64,000 nucleotides of DNA from Sedimentisphaerales bacterium (GCA_963666285.1 OY762711.1); one strand, 5' to 3'. Shown: positions 52,503 through 62,747, counted from the stretch's first letter. Notes: generated by a model not told the origin, from the letters alone. Made by a program: numbers and translations.

Positions 52503-55169
52503 CTATATTTTTGCACGAGTCACATCCAGACTGACCAGATCGATGATCTCGTCATCAGATAACTCTGTCAAATTCAGTTCTTTACCGGAAGATAAAATAT
52601 CATCCGCCATTTTCTGCTTTTCTGCAATCAAAAAATCAATTTTTTCTTCAACCGTGCCGGTGGTAACAAATTTATGCACCATTACACTTTTTTTCTGGCC
52701 TATTCGAAACGCTCGGTCTGTCGCTTGATTTTCGACCGCAGGATTCCACCACCTGTCAAAATGTATGACATGGCTGGCTGCGGTCAGATTTAGGCCGGTG
52801 CCCCCTGCTTTAAGAGATAATATGAAAAATGGAGGGCCATTTTCCTGCTGAAATTCATCTACCAGTTTCTGCCGGTATTTAACTGCGGTGCCACCATGGA
52901 TTGCAACACCTGTTCTTCCATATATACCGGCAAGGTACTCTGATAATGGCTCAATAATCTCTCTGAATTGTGTAAAGATAAGAACTTTTTCCTGACGAGA
53001 TGCGATTTCTTCACAAAGCTCTTTGAGACGCTGGAATTTCCCACTATCTGATGCAGAGTATTCAAAATCGCCTGTCAATTGGCTGGGGTGATTACAAATC
53101 TGCTTTAATCGCAATAATGACTGAAGTACCAGACCACGCCGTGCCATACCATCAGAATTTTCTAAGGATTCCTTCATCGTCTGGATAGTACGCTCATAAT
53201 GTTTTATTTGCTTTTTGCTCAAGTTACAATAGCACACTGTCTCAACTTTGTCAGGAAGATCGTTGATAACACTGCGATCAGTCTTAAGCCGACGCAAAAT
53301 ATAAGGCTGTACCAGCTGCTGCAAAGGAGTAAACTGGCAGCTTTCTCCCTCCTGAAGTCTTTTGACGAATTTCTTAAAAACAGATGCGGAGCCCAGTAAA
53401 CCCGGATTTATAAAATCAAATAATGACCAGAGGTCATCCAGCTTATTCTCTATTGGTGTTCCGGTTAATGCTAGTCTGGAAACAGACTGAAGTTTCTTAA
53501 CTGCCCTGGTTTGTCTTGTTGCCGGGTTTTTTATCGCCTGTGCTTCATCCAGAATAATATGCTGCCATTTCATCTCCCTCAACCACTCCTGACGGCTAAG
53601 CATCGAATAAGTAGTTATACATAAATCTGTTTCAGATAGTATTTCTTTCGGCTTTTTCGCTATCTTCTCTATTTTTGATCTATCCTGCTGACCTGGATGC
53701 AAGAAAGTTAATTTCAGCGATGGTGCAAAACGCTCAGCCTCCTTTCGCCAGTTACCCAAAAGAGAGGCAGGCACAATTAACAAAGATGGCAATGATCGCT
53801 TTTGCTTTCTTAATAATAAAGCAAGAACCTGAATAGTCTTACCCAAACCCATATCATCTGCCAGGCAGCCGCCCAGACCAAGCTCTGTTATAAAACTTAG
53901 CCAGGTCAGCCCATGCTGCTGATAAGGACGCAACTGAGCTTTTAGTTTAGGGGTTTTCTCGTTTCTATCCATAAGTGAGACTGGTTGCCGCATACTTGAC
54001 AACATCTCACGCAATTGCCCGCCCGCCTCAACCGAAAACCAGCCCTTGTCCTGATCAAGCAGGTCGTCTTCCTTTAGATCAGCTGAAGCGCCAGCTAATA
54101 ACCTCATACCCTCGATAAACGATATTTCTCCATCTTCTGCCTGATGCTGTAGATTTTGCCAGTGATCTATAGCTTCTTTTAACTTTTCACGATCAACCTC
54201 TATCCACTGGCCTTTGACCATGACCAAGCCATCATCACCAGAGAGAATATCTTCTATCTCCTCCCTTGAGAGCCTGTGACCTTCCAGTACAACTGAAACA
54301 TCAAAATCCAGCAATGTCTCAAGACCCAATTTAGACTTTTTCTGTTTATCAATAGTAACCGAAACTTGAGGCCTGGGCCTCTTTTTCCACCAGTTAGGAA
54401 TTCTTACGATCAACCCGCTATCTTCCAGTGTCGGAACCGTTTTCAAAAAATTATGTGCCGAAAAAACTGACCACGCTAACGGCTGATAAATTTCGCCGCT
54501 TTCGACAATCTCTCTGACCCAGCTGATTTTTTGAGATGCCTGATCTACAGGCATAAGAAGTTTGATCAACGCTGACCGGTTCTTTTTCCCTGCATATTCC
54601 TCCATTGCTTTGCGTAATGGCAAATGCCTCAACTTACCATTACAACCGAAACCCGTAGAATATGTAGCTAGAAAAGCAAATGGAAAATCTTCATCTGCCT
54701 TATTTTCAGCCAGATGAAAACACACCCTGCCAACCTGATGCCATTGTGGAGCATTTTTCTCTAAAAAAACTGACAAACTTCCAGCGGCTGCTATTTCATT
54801 GCTGCCCCATTTGCATAATTCACCCCATATCTGCTGCAAAAGCAATATTGTTATATATTCTCCTCCCTCCATCGGTGGAGCCGATAAGATTAAGGTAGAA
54901 AAAAAAATCTCTGGTGGACTATCAATTATTACATCACTATCAGACTCTGATATATGACATAATTCCGTTAAATATCGCTCGGCAATCCCCTGCCAGAATT
55001 TCAGCGAAAGTGAATTGGCAGTATTGTATTTATCGGCAGCAAGAACAAATAACCCTTTGACCCAGTCTTGCCCAAATATTTCTGCCAGTTTTTCTTCCTG
55101 TTGAGACCTTTTTTCTGGCTCTATAAGCCACTGAAGGTGTCCTGAAGGTGTTAATCTAATCTCGCTCAT
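52503..55169 (-). CDS. SNF2-family helicase/ATPase
   Basis: LRPYQ, LADDMGLGKT, DEAQ, LTGTPIEN, SLKAGGTGLNLT, DRWWNPAVENQATDRAFRIGQ. Confidence 0.95.
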   Translation of the reverse strand: MSEIRLTPSGHLQWLIEPEKRSQQEEKLAEIFGQDWVKGLFVLAADKYNTANSLSLKFWQGIAERYLTELCHISESDSDVIIDSPPEIFFSTLILSAPPMEGGEYITILLLQQIWGELCKWGSNEIAAAGSLSVFLEKNAPQWHQVGRVCFHLAENKADEDFPFAFLATYSTGFGCNGKLRHLPLRKAMEEYAGKKNRSALIKLLMPVDQASQKISWVREIVESGEIYQPLAWSVFSAHNFLKTVPTLEDSGLIVRIPNWWKKRPRPQVSVTIDKQKKSKLGLETLLDFDVSVVLEGHRLSREEIEDILSGDDGLVMVKGQWIEVDREKLKEAIDHWQNLQHQAEDGEISFIEGMRLLAGASADLKEDDLLDQDKGWFSVEAGGQLREMLSSMRQPVSLMDRNEKTPKLKAQLRPYQQHGLTWLSFITELGLGGCLADDMGLGKTIQVLALLLRKQKRSLPSLLIVPASLLGNWRKEAERFAPSLKLTFLHPGQQDRSKIEKIAKKPKEILSETDLCITTYSMLSRQEWLREMKWQHIILDEAQAIKNPATRQTRAVKKLQSVSRLALTGTPIENKLDDLWSLFDFINPGLLGSASVFKKFVKRLQEGESCQFTPLQQLVQPYILRRLKTDRSVINDLPDKVETVCYCNLSKKQIKHYERTIQTMKESLENSDGMARRGLVLQSLLRLKQICNHPSQLTGDFEYSASDSGKFQRLKELCEEIASRQEKVLIFTQFREIIEPLSEYLAGIYGRTGVAIHGGTAVKYRQKLVDEFQQENGPPFFILSLKAGGTGLNLTAASHVIHFDRWWNPAVENQATDRAFRIGQKKSVMVHKFVTTGTVEEKIDFLIAEKQKMADDILSSGKELNLTELSDDEIIDLVSLDVTRAKI

Positions 55170-55278
55170 CTATAATAATCATTTCCTAAAAAAATAATGT
55201 AGCCAACCAAATTGAAATATTAAATTATTTATGCAGGTATATTTTGGCCATATCAGGATAAGTTTTCTCCGACAACAA

Positions 55279-56748
55279 TTATACAATTACCCAGTGGCCG
55301 CCTTTATCCGGGCCTTTACGGAGTAATTTCCCATTTTCTTTTAGAATTTTAATGTAACGTTCTATGGTTCTTGGACTTACACCAATCTTTTCCGCCAACA
55401 CTGCCATTGTTATCTCTCTATTCTGGCCAATAAGCTCTAATACTCTTTCTAAATTTTTCTCCGACATTTTCTCCGACATTTTCTCCGACACTGTCGGAGT
55501 AAACGCTGGGTGTATTCCAAACTCTACCGTAAAATATGTCCTGTCTTCATCAGTATGAAACTCAGGCAAAGGAGACTGGTTCTGCCGAATAGCTTGAAGC
55601 ATTTTGGGTATACCGGTGCCGCGACCTTCTGTCATGTCCAGCTCTTTTAAAAATTCACCTATCCTGCGATTGCGATATCGACGAGCAAGGAATTTAAGAT
55701 TTTCGATATCCTCGTTACGAATAGACCGGTCTGGACCTGGAAAACTGTTTACCAGTATTCTGTCTGGATGAACCTGGATTTCAACCGGCTCGCGAATCTC
55801 ATAGCTTCTATGATATATCGCATTACATACTGCCTCTTCAATTGCGGCAAATGAGTAATTATAAAACCTGTCAGCTTCCGGCTTGTCAGGATGTTTTATT
55901 ATTTTTTCCTGGATAATGGTATTTTTAATATAGGCTAAGGCATCTGAAAGCATCCGGCCAAGCGGACCTTTGAATATCTTTTCAGTGAAATTATCAGCTC
56001 CCGGTCCTTCCGGGAAATGGACCACGTCAATTTGTGTCTGGGGAAAATATTTATCCGGAGACTCATTGAAAAACATCAGGCCGATATTTTTAGGCTTTAC
56101 AGATTCCAGCGGACCATCAATAATATTCATTTGCCGACAAAGCTGGGTAAAGTCCATTGTTGCTGAAAGGTCAAACAAATCGCTTCTAACCTGCTTGAGA
56201 TATGTCCGCATTAAGCCAAGGTCAAGATCATCGATAGTGGCCAATTGGTTTATCCAGTCATCGTATGGCACATTAGCGGCAAGGCCGATCAATTCTGTCT
56301 CTTCGGCATGCCTTGCCTTGGTTGTCACCGATCCTTTGCGGATATAATAAGCAAACTCACAGTTATCTTTACTTAGAGACACTGGAGCTTTGTATGGTCG
56401 ACTTTGACCACCTGCTGCATATAAGACAAGAATATGCTTACCATCAATCTCACACGGAGCGACAACTGGATGATAATACGGCTGAATTTTATACCCCAAC
56501 TCCACAATTTCCTTCTGTAGCTTATCTAATTCATTAATTGAAATACCTTTCGGAGGAAGCTCAGGTATACCGTTATTCTCGCTTACACCAATTACCAGAT
56601 AACCACCGCCAAGATTATGAAAGTCATTGGCAAACGCACAAAGCGTCTTGGTGACAGCTTCCGGATTCCAGCCAGACTTAAATTCAAGCCTTTCCCACTC
56701 TACAGTCTTGCCAATCAAAATATCATTTATATTAATTGGGAGTTCCAA
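55279..56748 (-). CDS. AlbA_2/Schlafen-domain protein with HATPase_c_4 (RecG C-terminal-like) region and C-terminal HTH
   Basis: LEFKSGW..TLCAFAN...GGYLVIGV; EA.CNA.YHRSY; RYRNRRIGEFLKEL..TEGRGTG; C-terminal wHTH ending GPDKGGHW. Start codon is TTG. Confidence 0.85.
   Translation of the reverse strand: MELPININDILIGKTVEWERLEFKSGWNPEAVTKTLCAFANDFHNLGGGYLVIGVSENNGIPELPPKGISINELDKLQKEIVELGYKIQPYYHPVVAPCEIDGKHILVLYAAGGQSRPYKAPVSLSKDNCEFAYYIRKGSVTTKARHAEETELIGLAANVPYDDWINQLATIDDLDLGLMRTYLKQVRSDLFDLSATMDFTQLCRQMNIIDGPLESVKPKNIGLMFFNESPDKYFPQTQIDVVHFPEGPGADNFTEKIFKGPLGRMLSDALAYIKNTIIQEKIIKHPDKPEADRFYNYSFAAIEEAVCNAIYHRSYEIREPVEIQVHPDRILVNSFPGPDRSIRNEDIENLKFLARRYRNRRIGEFLKELDMTEGRGTGIPKMLQAIRQNQSPLPEFHTDEDRTYFTVEFGIHPAFTPTVSEKMSEKMSEKNLERVLELIGQNREITMAVLAEKIGVSPRTIERYIKILKENGKLLRKGPDKGGHWVIV
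55455..55498. repeat. 12-bp tandem repeat (TTTTCTCCGACA x3, encoding SEKM) with adjacent inverted half
   Basis: Directly visible; a fourth identical 12-mer lies at 55263-55274, just past the stop codon. Confidence 0.85.
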
Positions 56749-57143
56749 ATTGTACTAATCCTTAAAATACAGATTTTTCTGAAAAATGTCTATCTAAACC
56801 AGAATAATACTGTTAGATAAATAATTATGTATTCTAAAGTCGTTTGACCAAAAATGCCAAACCTTAATTAAAAAATACAACTATGTTACAGCGAGATCCC
56901 CTTAATTATACTTCATATCTACTTGTTATTCTGAAAAATAAAATGAAAGAAAAAGATTTGCGCATATATTGTAGTATTGTATATAATTCTGACATGGCTT
57001 ATTAGTGTCATTAATTTGTCATATATTTTGTGCTCGCATAGCACAACATGCGCAATATGCAGAATTGAGATTACCTTAGGTATGATAAGGACTTAAATGT
57101 AAATACTTGATATCTAAAAACTTGTGATTTTGCCTTTTAACCA

Positions 57144-57294
57144 GCTCATAATTCGGAGGTCATAGGTTCGAATCCTATTCCCCGCTATTCGACGTAAGTC
57201 ACTAAGGAACAAGAAGTTAACTTGTTCCTTTTTTTATGCGCAAACCGGGCAGTTTACCCCCGAGGCGTGTCTCAGGCTTGTCCATGCGTGCCGA
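57144..57294 (+). repeat. Repeat family B, short form: tRNA-fMet 3' fragment + terminator + arm
   Basis: GCTCATAATTCGGAGGTCATAGGTTCGAATCCTATTCCCCGCTA then TTCGACGTAAGTCACTAAGGAACAAG...GTGCCGA. Confidence 0.9.
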
Positions 57295-57688
57295 GCAACA
57301 TAAATATTTCAAATAATAACCAACCTATAAGGAATATTAACGCTATCAAAGGTATAGCATACCCGATGATTCTTCGCGCACTAAATCCAAATACACCTCT
57401 ATTTGCTTTTTCATTCACAGTAATTACAGGATGATCATTTGGAAACTCTCCAAGATATATATCTAATTTTTTCTGTGCTCTAATAATAGGCAAAGACAAC
57501 AAACTACATATTATTACGCCAAAAATTAATATTGGAATAAAATACTTTGTCTTATTTGCCATTATTGCTGCATTTGCAATAAGAGATAAAAATATAATAA
57601 AAAAGTTAAAACGCTGGTTGAGTATATTTTCTATAAATGCACGCTCTTCAATTAGCTCTCTTCTATTTCTATCATTTTGTTCTTCCAT
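57272..57688 (-). CDS. Hypothetical membrane protein (about 3 TM)
   Basis: 138-aa ORF lying between two family-B repeats. Confidence 0.68.
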   Translation of the reverse strand: MEEQNDRNRRELIEERAFIENILNQRFNFFIIFLSLIANAAIMANKTKYFIPILIFGVIICSLLSLPIIRAQKKLDIYLGEFPNDHPVITVNEKANRGVFGFSARRIIGYAIPLIALIFLIGWLLFEIFMLLGTHGQA

Positions 57689-57863
57689 TAGAGTACCCTT
57701 TCAATAATTTTTTTATTTCCACATATTTTACACACAAAGCAAGGACAGGTTACAAATATGAGCTATTTATCAACAGTGTAACACTTGGGGTATCTTTTAA
57801 TACTCATAAAGTCTCATTATTTGCCTGGTCAAATTGACATCAAGTACTCTAACAAATAATATA

Positions 57864-58138
57864 AGGCTTGTTTTGGCTTGTCGGCGTGTACTGATATGCC
57901 GGATTTTCCGCTATTTTCCGACTTCTGAAAAAAGCGTAAAGCCATAAATGCAATTAAGATAAGGGTTTATGACGAAAATGCGCTTGCCGCTTGAAACCGG
58001 CAGCTCATAGGTTCGAATCCTATTGGCCGCATTCGACGTAAGTCACTAAGGAACAAGAAGTTAACTTGTTCCTTTTTTTATGCGCAAACCGGGCAGTTTA
58101 CCCTTGAAGGCGTGTATCGGCTTGCCGAGGCGTGCCGA
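57864..58138 (+). repeat. Repeat family B, long form
   Basis: Left arm + degenerate tRNA 3' half (T-arm 58006-58024, acceptor TGGCCGCA) + shared right arm. Confidence 0.88.
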
Positions 58139-58441
58139 TCTATATGCAATTCTGGAGAATAAATGTATCTCCGGCGTAATCAGGTCAATTATAGCATCTC
58201 ATTTTACATGCGTTAATAATCGTATGTCATGCTGGTAAAATGCTTCTATTTGTAAGTCAGCTTGCAATGAAAGGAGAAAGTTTGTATAAAATAAGTGTTT
58301 TAATGGGCAATTCACCTGAAATATGCCGAAGGCATTACGCCGCACTAATGCCATAAAGTTTGTTTGAGTGTGTTGATTTTGCATTAATATCTACACTACG
58401 TAATATTGTTTAATTCGATACAGATAAAGAAGCATAGTCAT

Positions 58442-59197
58442 ATGAAAAAACATAAAATTAAATATACCAGTTGCCCAAAATGCGAGTCAACGGTAAAGGT
58501 AAGCAGTGACTGGGTAGCTTGCACCATATTATTTGTAATTCTCCTTTCTGCAGGAGAGTTTTTTATATTGATTCCTATAATAAGTGGAATGATAGATAAA
58601 GAAGGAATAGGGGCTAAACTAGCAGTTGCTACATTTGGTTTGATTGGTCTTTGCCTGATTATTTATGCAATGTCAATTTGGTGGGTATTTGGAAAAAATA
58701 AGCAAGGTAAATGCCGTACTTGTTTTAGCCATGTCAATACAGTAAATAAAAAAATAGAGTCAGGTAAACGCGACTGGGTTACAACCTTAGAAAAAGAAGG
58801 TAATACGCTTTCACCTGAAGAAGTAACTATTTATAAAGAATATCAGATTTTTAGAAATAATAATCAATTAATCGACCCTGAAATTACACATAGCTGGATG
58901 CAAAAAAATAGGATTTACAATCTATTTATCAAGGGAGTTCTTTTTGGAGCAGGTCCATTGGGCTGGGCGTACTATTACATAATCAATGCTCAATCAATTG
59001 ATAAGATGAAAACAAAAATTGAACAATTTAACTTACAAGCCATCACATTACTATCTGATGGGAAAGAATATGAAGCTCTCATGTGGATCCTAGCAATAGA
59101 AAATAATATTGCGCCTAAATACATAGAAAAAGAAGTATATGACACTAAAACAAAAATTATTTCAATTTTAAAAGAAAAATCTACATGTCTTAATTAG
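58442..59197 (+). CDS. Hypothetical membrane protein with CxxC pairs
   Basis: ORF 58406..59197 (ATG at 58442); CPKC and CRTC flank two TM helices. Confidence 0.65.
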   Translation: MKKHKIKYTSCPKCESTVKVSSDWVACTILFVILLSAGEFFILIPIISGMIDKEGIGAKLAVATFGLIGLCLIIYAMSIWWVFGKNKQGKCRTCFSHVNTVNKKIESGKRDWVTTLEKEGNTLSPEEVTIYKEYQIFRNNNQLIDPEITHSWMQKNRIYNLFIKGVLFGAGPLGWAYYYIINAQSIDKMKTKIEQFNLQAITLLSDGKEYEALMWILAIENNIAPKYIEKEVYDTKTKIISILKEKSTCLN

Positions 59198-59515
59198 TAA
59201 ACTAAAGCATAACTTAAACTATCAGAATAAAGCCAGATAGCTAGAATTTTATAAAATTCGTTTTTAACGCTATAATAACTCCCCCGGAGACTTACGAGAA
59301 TTTATTTGCAATTCTGGGAAAGAACGGCCCAAAACACTCAACTTCTTCTTTGGAAAACATATTATTTTCAGTCCCGAAAAAGCCTTGTTGAAAGTACGTC
59401 AAAAACAACTAAATAATAATTCAGACGCATTACTGAAAAAACACCAAAAACATGTAAATCTAGTGTGGAAATTCGGGCATATAGTTAACCAAAACGTGCA
59501 GGGCGAGGTAGCTAG

Positions 59516-59911
59516 TCATATTTTATTGATCTGGAATTTTAGAGAATAGCCGATCAGGAAGACGTTGATGGGGACGGTGAGCAGGGCGATTATGCCGAAA
59601 CCGAACTGCATTATGCCGTAGTTGGTGAGGGAATATTGGTCGCCTTGTTTGATTATGAAATCATCGATTCTGCTGTCGGGGCCGGTTGTTAGTACTGTGA
59701 AGATAATGAATACAACGTTCAACAGAGGCATGAGCTAAGATAGGGCGATTATCTTCCAGTTTGGTTTGATTCTTCTGAGCCAGAAGTAGCGATAGCACCA
59801 TGCTATAGCGGCGAGGTTTAGCAGCAGGAAGATGGAGAGTTTTATGATTGTGGTTGTTTCGAATATGCCAGCCGGTTCTGATGGGATTGTGTTTTGTGGA
59901 GGGGTTATCAT
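59516..59911 (-). pseudogene. Membrane protein gene interrupted by one in-frame TAG
   Basis: ATG 59911 reads MITPPQN...WKIIALS, then TAG (59735-59737), then continues in frame LMPLLNVVF... to 59516. Confidence 0.6.
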
Positions 59912-59961
59912 ATATTAGATGAGTTATTCTTTTTATCGGTTGAGGATAAATTATATGATTA

Positions 59962-60318
59962 TTATTTGGTATTTTGTTTTAGGTGTCTGGCGAGGTGGAT
60001 GAGTTTGATTTTGTTATCGGCATAAAGTGACACGGCAATGAAAACAGCTCCCAAGGCAAACATGATTGGGAAGATATTGTTTGTGGTGTTATTGTTATTT
60101 GAGTATCCGAGAACCACACTAGCGACCATGCTAACAATACCCATTATGCAAAAAAATAATCGACTTGTTCGCAGCCCGTTGAGTGTGTTCTTTTCATATT
60201 CCTCGTTTGTAAAGCATTCAGTAAACTGGCGGTCATCTTTTTCTATAAGTTTTTTCCCGACAAATAATAAAACTAATGTCACTAATATGATTAAAATGAT
60301 AGTCAATCCAATATCCAT
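59962..60318 (-). CDS. Hypothetical membrane protein (3 TM)
   Basis: 118-aa ORF with AAGGA RBS. Confidence 0.7.
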   Translation of the reverse strand: MDIGLTIILIILVTLVLLFVGKKLIEKDDRQFTECFTNEEYEKNTLNGLRTSRLFFCIMGIVSMVASVVLGYSNNNNTTNNIFPIMFALGAVFIAVSLYADNKIKLIHLARHLKQNTK

Positions 60319-60697
60319 TTTGTTTCCTTTCTGAAAATAATCACTGATTTATTAATACAGAGATATTATTAACCATTCATATAGTAACGGAAAAGGGGAG
60401 ATGTGGTCAATGGTAAAATATGGAAGGTTGTGAGATCAAGTTTGAAGGATGAAGTTTGAAAAGAAAATATATAATGTGGCGAGAAGCTGAACAGCAGATA
60501 AACACAGTTCGGCAGTGAGTAAGCAAGTCGTATACCGTTGTCTTTCCGTCCTTGTCTCCGGCGAACCAGAACGGAAAGTGAGGGGGCATATACTGGTTAT
60601 TTCCCACCCGTAAACGGATGGGCTATCTTGGTTGTGGACTCTTGCCTTATATTTTTAGCAATGTAATATTATTAATCACATGCTAACTAAGAAACAA

Positions 60698-60754
60698 CAC
60701 TAGTAAAGATATCTTAACTAGTGATTATGGTAAGTCAAGATATGTTTACTAGTG
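60698..60754. promoter_or_regulatory. 22-bp inverted repeat overlapping a leftward sigma70-like promoter
   Basis: CACTAGTAAAGATATCTTAACT ... AGTCAAGATATGTTTACTAGTG; minus strand TTGACT-N16-TAAGAT. Confidence 0.55.
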
Positions 60755-60767
60755 AGCTATATTATAT

Positions 60768-61031
60768 CTACCTTAGACGGTATATGTCGCCTGTCTTAAT
60801 ACTTTCAAAATGACGGGCATAAACATCATTTCTACCTTGGAACAAATTCCTAAAACACTTAATTTTATCTGCTACTGAAGATGAATTCGAAAAAGAGCTA
60901 ACATTTCTTTTTGTCTTTGATATTACTTTTTCAATTTCAGCAATTTCTTGCATGATATCTTGCCTTCTTGCATTTAGGCTAGAAAGTTCTTTACGCAGAT
61001 CATTAAGCCGGTTTTGTTTATCATGATTCAA
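60768..61031 (-). pseudogene. N-terminal fragment of a TOTE-type primase/helicase-like protein
   Basis: Coiled coil followed by KIKCFRNLFQGRNDVYARHFES.KTG, then an abrupt stop. Confidence 0.55.
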
Positions 61032-61070
61032 AATAAACTTCCAAATACATTATACATTTAGCTAACAAAC

Positions 61071-62081
61071 TTAGATGCTATTGATTTTATCTTCCAACAC
61101 TCTCAGTTGGTCAAGTATTTCTTCAAAATCCAGTGGCGGCAAATAATACATAGGGGTCATAGCTCGGTAATCTAACTTCAATCCCGCAACTCTTTCTTTA
61201 GGAGGAACAAGTCTAAATGTTCCAGGTAAAGCCTGATCATATTTGGCCCAGCTACAATGATAAAATCTATCTTTATGTGTTATAACTTTTTCAAGCAAAT
61301 CAATATCAGCCAATGCCTCATCAAAAACATATCCTTGGCCCATTTCTGCAACATCGGCATAATGCCTTGAATATCGCGGCAGTATTTTCTTCTCTGGAGC
61401 CCTATAAAACTCAGCATGAAGAATGGTAGCTTTCTCCCAGAATGTTCTCTTGGCAACCACAGTAGTGACAAATATCGGCTCTGAAAACAAAGTTGGAAAA
61501 TGATCACTTGTAAATGTCTTGATTACGCATTTCTCGTTTGGAATTGGCTCTGCATGAGTACCTAATTCTAAAACTATACGAGGCTTAATATAATCCAACC
61601 CCGATTCTACAGCTAACGGATAATCAAAATATAAAATATTATTATCTACAGAATCAATTTCTATCTGCCAGTCATTATTACCAATAACATTTCTTATCCT
61701 TTTGAACAAAACTGGAACAAGCTCATTTTTGATAAACTCCTGGCAGGAACATAGCATTTCCCTGAGAATTATTACTCTTTTTGTTTGCGAAAGGTCAGGC
61801 AGACAAGGATCTTTCTTATCGGTATACCCCAAACTTTTATAATCGACGGCCAAGTCGATATCTTCAGAAAATCTCCGAATCAGGTTGAAACACTTCGACA
61901 GGCTTGTACCTCCCTTAAATACCAGTATCTCATCCAGTTCTTCTATAGAGAATAATTGCTTAAGTATCCAACATACCCAGAAATCTTTTTCAACTATAGC
62001 TGGATGCATTTTTGATCTGACAGAAGTTTCAAGAAATAACTCTCTTCTTTCAGATATACTAAGTTTTGCAATATTATCCAT
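61071..62081 (-). CDS. abiEii: AbiEii/AbiGii nucleotidyltransferase toxin (type IV TA)
   Basis: VEKDFWV, FKGGTSLSK...I.RFSEDIDL, RTFWEKATILH, SRHY.D. Confidence 0.92.
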   Translation of the reverse strand: MDNIAKLSISERRELFLETSVRSKMHPAIVEKDFWVCWILKQLFSIEELDEILVFKGGTSLSKCFNLIRRFSEDIDLAVDYKSLGYTDKKDPCLPDLSQTKRVIILREMLCSCQEFIKNELVPVLFKRIRNVIGNNDWQIEIDSVDNNILYFDYPLAVESGLDYIKPRIVLELGTHAEPIPNEKCVIKTFTSDHFPTLFSEPIFVTTVVAKRTFWEKATILHAEFYRAPEKKILPRYSRHYADVAEMGQGYVFDEALADIDLLEKVITHKDRFYHCSWAKYDQALPGTFRLVPPKERVAGLKLDYRAMTPMYYLPPLDFEEILDQLRVLEDKINSI

Positions 62082-62084
62082 ACT

Positions 62085-62687
62085 CTAGCTTTTAGCAATG
62101 TCCTGTATTATTTCGTATATCCACTCAGTGTTATATTGAACATTTTCAAGTAACTCTTTTTTTTCTCTTGACGACAAGTTAGCTTTTAGTTTTTTTATAA
62201 CCTTATCGTCAATATGGTCTCTGCCTAGATATCTCAATGCCTGTACTACCAAACCTGAAATCAGGCTTTCGGGATACATCTCTTTAGGCCTGGCATGCTT
62301 GAAGCCTATTGTTACATCATTAACCTCAACTTCTTTAGTAGGACCGTTAGAGAGATAAACATATTTTGCCGGCACTTGCAATGATATACCCAGTCGATTA
62401 GCAGCGAGAGCTCCACAGGGTAAAATAGACCATTTAAATTTTCTTGCCAATGCCTCAGCTACCTTGTGCAAATCCGGACTCAAAACAATCCCAAGTAATT
62501 CGCTGTATTTGGGGTAATCAAACAAGCCTCTTCCTATCCTGCGTATTGTGCCTTGCTCAGTCATACGCTGTAGTTGCTTACCTACTGTGCCGGCAGGAGC
62601 TAAATCTTGAAAATCCTTGCGAGTAAAGACATACCCTTTACCTTCACCTTCAAGCCTGTCAATTATTTGTTCTTTTAATGCATCCAT
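62085..62687 (-). CDS. abiEi: DUF6088-family AbiEi-type antitoxin
   Basis: VFTRKDF.DL, I.RIGRGLFDYP, G..AANRLG.S.QVP....YLS.GP; directly upstream of the toxin. Confidence 0.85.
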   Translation of the reverse strand: MDALKEQIIDRLEGEGKGYVFTRKDFQDLAPAGTVGKQLQRMTEQGTIRRIGRGLFDYPKYSELLGIVLSPDLHKVAEALARKFKWSILPCGALAANRLGISLQVPAKYVYLSNGPTKEVEVNDVTIGFKHARPKEMYPESLISGLVVQALRYLGRDHIDDKVIKKLKANLSSREKKELLENVQYNTEWIYEIIQDIAKS

Positions 62688-62708
62688 AGTGATATCCTAA
62701 GTTATTAC

Positions 62709-62747
62709 TGCCACAAATAATATACTACTTTTTGTGGCACTAGGCAA
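62709..62747 (-). promoter_or_regulatory. AbiE promoter with inverted-repeat operator
   Basis: TGCCACAAA-N13-TTTGTGGCA overlapping minus-strand TTGCCT-N17-TATATT. Confidence 0.65.

Noticed and set aside
56958..56990. TTTGCGCATAT (and TTTTGCGCAATAT near 20764) as further copies of the bipartite motif
   Set aside because: First box mismatched, second box not matching at N15, and no sense gene directly downstream.
60407..60607. ORF containing GKTT (possible P-loop)
   Set aside because: Only 66 aa, Walker A context incomplete; chance match likely.
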